Origin: Pelagomonas calceolata | Lineage: Eukaryota | Reading direction: 5' to 3' | NCBI GenBank assembly: GCA_918797485.1 | Contig: CAKKNE010000005.1 | Location: 3,658,001 to 3,722,000 of the forward strand | DNA length: 64,000 nucleotides | Part shown: positions 56,913 through 64,000 of the stretch, piece by piece | Layout of the letters: every line of letters begins with the position of its first letter | How positions within the stretch are numbered: position 1 is the first letter of the stretch | Program-made: the position numbers and the translations under genes | The notes under the pieces: model-generated | What the model was told of the DNA's origin: nothing | Database searches by the model: none | What the model saw: only the letters and a program-made list of their open reading frames with translations

Positions 56913-58052
56913 ATGGCTACAGAGCTGGCAGCCAGCGCTGCGGAACTGGCTGCCGGAGAACAATTCGCGCGCGCCCATCGCGCTCTGCGGACGGACGACG
57001 TGCTGGCATGCGTCTTCTCTCGGCTCGCGCTGCGCGACGGCTGCGTCGTGGCGGCATCAGTCTGCAAGCAGTGGCACGGCGCCTGGCGACGCCGCGCGAA
57101 AGGGCTGTACCGCCCGGTGCGCTTAGGTCTCGGTCCATTTGAATTTGGTGATCACCTTACCCCCCTGGTCGCTGGCGGTGTCATTGTACCCGATTACAAT
57201 GAAGGCTGTCTCCATATGTACACCGCGGAGGGTGAGCATCGAGGGACTGTAGGTGACTGGAATTGCCCAACTGCTGTGGCTCTGGACGACGAGGGTGTGT
57301 CATGGGTAGTCAACCACGACAATCGTGAGGTGGGTCGCCATCCCGTAAATTATGAGACTATGCAACTTCGGGCTCCGTCGTTATCAGAGATAGCATTTTT
57401 CCAAATTGGGCGGCCCATTGATCTCGAGATTTCTGGCGATGCAGTGTTGGTTTTGTTTCACACTGACTGGGGGTATGGTGAAGTTGCTGTGCTCGACCGA
57501 AACTCAGGGGCCGTGCGTTATCGATTTGGCTCGAGCGCTCCCCCCGGCTGCGTCGACGAGCTGCGGGGTGCGATGGGCCTGGCCATTGATGGTGAGTATT
57601 GTTTCGTGGCCGACACCTACAATCAATCCGTTGTAATCTTCAACTGGCGCGATGGGACGTTCGTGCAACGCATTGGCAAGGCGGGTGACGCTCCGGAAAT
57701 GCATGATGATGAATATGGCGAACATTACTGGGATCTCGTAGCGTATGACGACGACCGTAAGTCTGCCGAACAGGGGCAGTTTCACGAGCCCTACGACGTC
57801 GCGGTACGAAACAAGCTCCTATACGTCTCCGAACGAGGTGGTCGCCGAATCCAGATCCTGCGCCTGCCCGATGATTTGAGTGCAGCAGATCCGGAGGTCC
57901 TCCAGATTATCCCCTCGCCGGGTGGAGTGGAGCTCGCTGGTATTTGCTTGGACGGCGAGCGGCTGTGGTGCGTAGGGGCGCCATACCACGCAGGATCTCC
58001 CGCAGAAGACTACGGCCATGCCAGCATCAGCATCTTCGCCCCCATTGTGTAA
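56913..58052 (+). CDS. F-box + NHL/beta-propeller protein
   Basis: DDVLACVFSRL..ASVCKQW (F-box); CPTAVA, FVADTYNQSVVIF, GQFHEPYDVAV, YVSERGGRRIQI (NHL). Confidence 0.85.
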   Translation: MATELAASAAELAAGEQFARAHRALRTDDVLACVFSRLALRDGCVVAASVCKQWHGAWRRRAKGLYRPVRLGLGPFEFGDHLTPLVAGGVIVPDYNEGCLHMYTAEGEHRGTVGDWNCPTAVALDDEGVSWVVNHDNREVGRHPVNYETMQLRAPSLSEIAFFQIGRPIDLEISGDAVLVLFHTDWGYGEVAVLDRNSGAVRYRFGSSAPPGCVDELRGAMGLAIDGEYCFVADTYNQSVVIFNWRDGTFVQRIGKAGDAPEMHDDEYGEHYWDLVAYDDDRKSAEQGQFHEPYDVAVRNKLLYVSERGGRRIQILRLPDDLSAADPEVLQIIPSPGGVELAGICLDGERLWCVGAPYHAGSPAEDYGHASISIFAPIV

Positions 58053-58093
58053 GTTGATCACTAAATTACTCACAAAAACAAATCACTGGAGGA

Positions 58094-61000
58094 CTATCGT
58101 GAGCTCGGAACAGGTTTCGCCCACGTCTTCGACCAGTTCGTCGACCAGTTCGGCGGCGGCGCCACGGGTCGCCTGCGCGCCGGCGCCGACCGCGGACGGG
58201 CAACAGTGTGCCGCGGCGCTGCCTTGGTTGGAGCAACGCGCCGACGCCGAGAGGTCGCCGTCGCCGAAGCAGGCCGTGCGCGCGCGGACGAGGGCGCAGA
58301 CCGCACGACAGAGGCTGAGGATGGACGGGCGACAGAGGCAGAAGACGGCCGCGGCCGCACGGCGCCCGCGGAGGCCGGCCGCGCTCCTAACAGTGACCGC
58401 TTCTGCGAGGAATTGGCGGCGGCCGCGGCGCGCGCGAGGTTAATACTGCGCTTGTCCGGCCGCGGCGGTCGGCCCGCCTTGAAGGCTAGTTTGTGGAGGC
58501 GGCCGCGCGTCGGCGGCAGGTGCAGGTTCTGCTTGATGAACGTAGGTTTCCCGCGTTGCGCGTCGGCCTCTAACAACCCCCGGATGCGCCGGAGCTGGGG
58601 CTCCAAATGCGTCTCGTGAACGTTGTACTCGCCGAGGCCGTGCAGTTCGGAAGCCGGCTTCCCGACCGTCGCCGACTGCGGTCGCCGCTTCAACGGCGTG
58701 ACGTCGAGCCGCTTTGGCGTCGAGCGCTTCGCCGGCGCCGAGCCCGGCCTTTTGAGGACGATGGAGTCCTCGATGGACCGGGGGCCCGAATCCACAGAAG
58801 TGACGTCGTCGTTATGGAACAACAAACGCACAGCATCTGCTTCCTTGTTGCCGGTGAGTGTGGGTCCTTTGTAGTCCGTAAACCCGAGATTCCGCCGCGG
58901 GTCCTGAGCGGGATCGTTATGCCGCTCAAGTGCTTGCCGGATGCGGTACCTCGCTTCGAGGGCCCTCCTATCCTGCCGCTTCGTATCCGGACCGTTCTCT
59001 GAAGAAAAGACCGCGGCGACGCCGTGGCGCGGGTAACGGCGCAATTTGACCCCATACAAAGGGTCGGCCGCGTCCGCTTCGGCGTTGTCCTCGGCTTCAA
59101 GCCTTTCGTCCTCTGCTGTCCAGCCCGTGACATCGCGACGTCTTGCTCTAGATTCCCGCGCCTCGCGCCTCCGCAATAATTCGCGCGCCCGTGCCGCGTC
59201 CGCGCCCGTCAGAGCTAAAAGCGAGCCGCCGTCCGCCGTCGCGACGATGGCCGCCCGGTCGAGCTCCCTCCGTATCGTATCGATGATCGCGTCCGGGACC
59301 TCGCCGCGCGCCGCCTCAAGCACGTCGCGCGCGGAAGCGCCGAGGCAGCTCGCGGCGAAGGGGTCTGCACCTTTCTGCATTAATAGACCGACGCATTTCA
59401 ACGCCCGCGTCATCTGCAAGCGGTTGCGGCCGCGAGCAGCATCGACTGCGAAGCGCACGGCGCGCGACACCGCCGACTCGCCCGCGCCGTTCGCGTCCTC
59501 CGCCGTGGCCTCGCCCGTCTCGAGCAGCTCCGCAACTCGCTCCAAGTCGCCGGCGCCCGCCGCGCGGCAGAGCTCCGCGGCGGCCCGGTCCTCGTCGTTG
59601 TCGACGGGCAGCTGCTTCCCTCCCGACGCTCTCCCGAGGATCGCCCGCCGCACGGCCCAGGCCTCCTCCTGGGTCGCGCAGCAGACGCGGCAGTCGGAGA
59701 CCTTCTGGAGCAGACGCGGCCCCTCTCGCGCAGCAGACGCGAGGCGCACGACGTGGTCTCTTCCTTCAAAACGGCAGACGCGCACGTCGCACAGGTGCGC
59801 GCGTCTTAATGAAAACCGCTTCTCGTCCAGGTACCTGTGTCGAACGATGGCGTCACGACTCTCTGACGCCCACGTCGACGGCGTCGAGGCGGTGCGGTCT
59901 CATGAAGACGCCGTCGGCGCACGGGATCGCCGACTCGAGCGGCGCGGGCACGCCGTGCAGCAGGAAGGGGAAGCCCGTCGCGACCTCCGTGGCGAGGCGC
60001 ACGCGCCGCAATTGCCACCGGGCGCACTGCTCGCCTGCGCGCGGGAGACGCTCTCGACGCCATCATCGCGCCGACGGCGTCGCGGCAGCTGCGAGGAAAA
60101 AGGACGCGGAACGGCACCGGGCGGCGTCACGAAGACCTCGCGGTTCCAGAATCGGTGCACGTCGAACGGATTCACGTACGTGTAGTCCTCGACCAAATCC
60201 AGCGAGGCCCCGTCCTCGTCCTCCTCGGTCGTGATGGCCGGCGCCTCATCTTTCTCAATCTCGGCGAGCTCGGGCACGGCGCGCGCGGCCGCGCGCCGCC
60301 GCGCGCGCGCGCCCGCGGCCGCGGCCATGCCCGCCGCCGCGACGCCAAAAAATACTTTTTTCTGCGTGCTGCCCGAGATGCCGGCGCTGATGCCTGATGG
60401 TGATGGTTTGGCAGGCTTCGGCGTCGTCGGAGGGACGACCTTTGCCACTGTTGCCGGCGAGTGGCACCACTGCACGATCAGCTCGACTTCGCCCCCTAGC
60501 TCGACGGTGATCGTCTCACTGACGTCCGTCGCCTCTCCGACCAGCTTGTGCCAGCCCCGATGGATCTTCCGATCTAGTAATGACGTCAGGTTTATAAGCG
60601 CGTGGCCCATGAGCTCGCCTCTCGACACATCCTCAAGTCTAGCTTTCAGTTGAGGGGAAGCGACGTTCGCGTCGAGCGAGACGGCCCACTGCTGGTGCCT
60701 GTGTGGAACTCAGAATTCGGGCGCCTCACAGCTGCGTCTGCGCGATGGCGTGGCGATTCCACGCCATCGACGCAACTTCGTCCCCGCGGCCGCGTCGGCT
60801 CGATGGCGCGCGGGCTCACGAAGGTTGATTTCCACACAGGCCAGTACCAGACGGGGTGCGGCGTCTTCTTCCGCTCCTGCGACCGCCATCTGTGCAAGAT
60901 CTTGTCCGACGACGACACCTCAAACACTACCAAAGGAGACCCTTCGGTCAAACCAGCCGCCTGGACCAGGGCGATTTTCAGTTGATTCGCGACCTCGGCC

Positions 61001-62799
61001 TTCATGCGGACCGGCTCGGGCGTGAAGGGCGCGTAATCGAGACCGGGGTCGAAGCGCCAACTTAAACGGACGTGGAGGCGGCCCGTTAACGTTGAGCCGT
61101 CATACAGATCGATACGCTCGTCTCGAGCGCGTCGCGCCTTCAGTCGGGCGATATCATAGGTACCTTTACCGACACCCGGGACACTACACTCCAACAAACA
61201 ATCCTCCTTCACTTCAAGTGAAAGCACCTGGCGGAACATGGCGAACCCCGCTCTTAAACCTTCATCTCGCGTCCTCACGACGTCGGCGCGAGGCACGGTA
61301 AACTCGCAGCGAAACATCGGCTGGAAATCGGCAATATGATTCGCGATGCGGACCTTGTGCGCGCCGATCATGAGCGTGTTCGGTTCATGTGAACGGAAAT
61401 GCAAGTCACCGGCAAAGGGCTCATACGTATAAGCCGGGTTGTGGCGCTTTTGAATCGCGACCAATAAAGCGCCGTGCTCCAACGTGCGCCATTCCCTACT
61501 AGGCTCGTCCAACGCCACGGCGCAGCTCCCCAGCAGCTCATCGTCAGACGTCCAGTGCCAGTCATACACGTCAAGCTCTAGATGGCCTTCGCCGTGGTAC
61601 TCGAAGGCGAAGATCTCGTTGAAGACGGGGTGCGTCGTCTTGAGGACCGTCTGCGTGCGATGCGCTATCGATAGGGGGTCGTTCAAGCGCAACGAAACGT
61701 AGGCGTCGCAGGAGTCCCATGTTCCTGGGTGTAAGTCTCGCGCTCGACAGACGGCCACTCTCACCTCATTCGAATGTTGAGTATCCTGTGACTCGTCGAA
61801 GGCGAGGTCCTGATGATGTGGATCCAAACCGGCGACGTACGACAGCTTCGCCGCGATCCGGACCTTTCCTACGGCCTGCTCACCCTTTAGTAATGACAAC
61901 CACATGGCCGCGGCGCCCCCGTCGTCTTCATGCGGACTTGGTAACTCATTCACCGGGAAGCGCGCGACGCCGAGACCATGGTTCAGTTCGACGTGTAAAA
62001 ACTGGTGGCCGCCCTTGCGATAAGGCAGGTCGAAGGCCTCCATCACCAGCACATCCGACGAGCGGTCGATATTCCTGGTCACTCTTTTCTCGTCGCCGAG
62101 CGACGCCGTCAGCTTGATATGAGGCGTGTGCACGATGTGCTCGAGTTTCTGTAACCGCGACTCCTTCTGTAACTCAACGCATCGGACCAACGCCACCCGC
62201 AAACAGTTCGGCTCGCGATGTAAACACGGGGCCACCGCTTCCTCGTCGACGAACCACCGCACACTATCCGCGTCGGGCGCCGCGTGAGTCTCATCATGAG
62301 GAGTCATGGCGATCGTCGCGCAGACCTCGCCCGCCTTCACAGTATCAAGTTTTATCGGCACCGTGATCTCGTTGTCGCCTTCCTCAAGACCGTTTAGAGC
62401 CACCTGCGCCTTGCCCAACAGCCGCGCCTTGCGCAGCGTTCTGAAGGAAAACACCTCGATGCGCAGCTTCGGCAGCTCTTTTATGGATATAGGCGCCTCG
62501 AAGACGAAGCGCTCCCGTGTCCAGACCGGGTTCGACGTATGCTTCGCGACGCGCGTCCTCCTTGCGTCGGACAGGCGGCGGCCGTCGCGCAGCTGCACGA
62601 TCGACAACACGCAAAACGGGTTCGGCGTTCCATGTTCCTCGCTCAGGTCGCGCGCGCGCGTGATGTCCACGACGACGCGGGCCGTCGTCGCCTTGCGCGG
62701 CGGTTCGGGCTGCTTGGCTTCTTCTTCCTCGCTGTCGCTGCTGTCGTGCCGGTGCTGTGGCCTCTTTTTTGGGCTGGCGTCGGAATCGTCATCAATCAT
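58094..62799 (-). CDS. Multi-C2-domain protein with ankyrin repeats and basic low-complexity tail; introns 60699-60847, 60035-60117, 59835-59922
   Basis: C2 motifs (ITRARDL..PNPFC..TSNPVW; VCRARDL..DAYVSL..THPVFNE..VYDW..DELLG); three GT-AG introns link ORFs 60646-62799, 59900-60628 and 58094-59785; RPxSA repeats at the end. Confidence 0.8.
60699..60839 (-). mobile_element. Introner (type A)
   Basis: On + strand CTGTGTGGAACTCA / TTGATTTCCACACAG; TSD GTACTGGC/GCACCAGC (5/8). Confidence 0.85.
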
Positions 62800-62911
62800 T
62801 GTTGGGCTGCCCTTTTACGTGCTATATATACGCGATTGCTATGTCGGCAGCATGTCCACACTTTCACTGTGGCTGCCCCGCATCCGGCGCTGTAAAAGCG
62901 CTGTTGATTTG

Positions 62912-62933
62912 CTAGTGTGTGTCGACACGCTAG
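62912..62933. promoter_or_regulatory. CTAG-box, divergent promoter
   Basis: CTAGTGTGTGTCGACACGCTAG. Confidence 0.55.
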
Positions 62934-63279
62934 GTCTCGCTCGTCTTTAGTTTTTGCATCGCATTGATTGCAGGCGAGGCCCCAGGTGCCCGCATTGACC
63001 GCCAGAGTCACAGCAGTGATCAGAGCTGTCGCAGCGCGCAAGCGATTGTACCCCGTGCCGCGCGAATAGCACCAGCAATAGCATCCGTGCGGCAGCCTGC
63101 TGCATGAGCAGCACGCGCAAGCTAGCAAGACTGGCCGCCCCCGTCGTCTGCGCGGCCTACGTGACCTACGTAGCAATAGATAGAGGCTACTACCACATCG
63201 AGCGCCGCAAGGAGCTCGACGCCGCGACGGCGCGCGCGAAGGCGGAGGCTGCTAGAAGAGTAGCGGCCGACGAGCGGCG

Positions 63280-63591
63280 ATGACGCCGATAAAACTCTTG
63301 ACAATCATCGCTCTAACGACCGCGAAGAACCAGAACCGCGACCGAGCCTTCCGCGCGCGGCGCCGCGAGTGCGAGACGCAAACGTGCGCCGGCATGCAGC
63401 CCGGGACGAATATGAACTGCGTGAACGCGTGCATCTCCCAGTCGTGTTTCGATGAGATCTACGCGGAGGAGCCCCTCGAGGACGGCGAGGTCGACTCGAA
63501 ACGATCGAGGTTGTTCCAGAGCTGCGCGCGGAAGTCACTAGTTGCCGAAAGGGAGAAACGAAGGAGGGAGGAGCGCGCCGAGGAGACATAA
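63280..63591 (+). CDS. Small secreted Cys-rich protein (DUF4787-like)
   Basis: Signal peptide; NCVNACISQSCFDEIY..PLEDGEVD..F.SC. Confidence 0.7.
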   Translation: MTPIKLLTIIALTTAKNQNRDRAFRARRRECETQTCAGMQPGTNMNCVNACISQSCFDEIYAEEPLEDGEVDSKRSRLFQSCARKSLVAEREKRRREERAEET

Positions 63592-63602
63592 GTTACAGAT
63601 AC

Positions 63603-64000
63603 TTAGACATCGCCCGGCGCCTTCATCATAGGAGGGTGCCAGCCCTCCTCGTCCGGTAAAGCTGACTTCCTCCTTTTAGGATCGGGCACGACGTCGTGGA
63701 TCAATAGGAACGTGTGGTACGTCTGGCAACTTTCTAGATCTTTCCGTTCGCATAGTTTCTGTAAATGCTTCAAGTAATAAGCACAGACCTCGTCCTTCGA
63801 GACCCGCGTCCTATAATCTTTTTTATATGAATCATATAGAGCATCACTCCACTCCGTCAAGGTATCCGAATCGGGCGGTTCGCCGCGCCGCGCGTACTTC
63901 GTTATTCCAGTCAGCGTCGTCCCGAAGAGCACCATGACCTCCGTATGACTCAAACTTTTTTGGTGGTTAAAGTCAAATAAATCAAAGATGAACGACAATT
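63603..64000 (-). CDS. EF-hand protein, 3' part (runs off the window)
   Basis: FIFDLFDFNHQKSLSHTEV; open to the window edge. Confidence 0.65.
   Translation of the reverse strand, partial: LSFIFDLFDFNHQKSLSHTEVMVLFGTTLTGITKYARRGEPPDSDTLTEWSDALYDSYKKDYRTRVSKDEVCAYYLKHLQKLCERKDLESCQTYHTFLLIHDVVPDPKRRKSALPDEEGWHPPMMKAPGDV

Noticed and set aside
25164..60117. Spacing of neighbouring introns (exon plus intron about 160-210 nt) as nucleosome phasing
   Set aside because: Only five pairs, some with uncertain donors; needs genome-wide data.

Overview
GC-rich, very gene-dense eukaryotic DNA with about 30 genes and 23 inferred short spliceosomal introns. It is most likely from a pelagophyte stramenopile alga (Pelagomonas/Aureococcus-like). 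That assignment is inferred from ASAF-type plastid presequences, a PSTALRE CDK, a mitochondrion-targeted pyruvate kinase and TIR/8-bp-TSD introners. Genes include a cytoplasmic-type dynein heavy chain, IFT46, pyruvate kinase, a phosphagen kinase, a RAD54-like helicase, NPL4, RPN13, a TMX3-like PDI, a SET/LSMT protein, a CDK, a SulP-STAS-cNMP transporter, ankyrin, MYND and F-box proteins, and a multi-C2 protein. Main observations: (1) an intronless fusion of a signal-peptide-bearing 5'-nucleotidase with an SLC25 (PMP34-like) carrier; (2) a quasi-palindromic CTAG-TGTCTTAC-N-CG-CTAG element found 13 times, always upstream of genes and in 8 of 10 divergent promoters; (3) ten introns that are recognisable non-autonomous DNA transposons of one lineage, spliced in both orientations; (4) a patch of gene fragments at 27.8-31.3 kb; (5) a frameshifted TPR gene. 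All intron boundaries were deduced by eye from frame restoration and protein motifs, not from transcripts.
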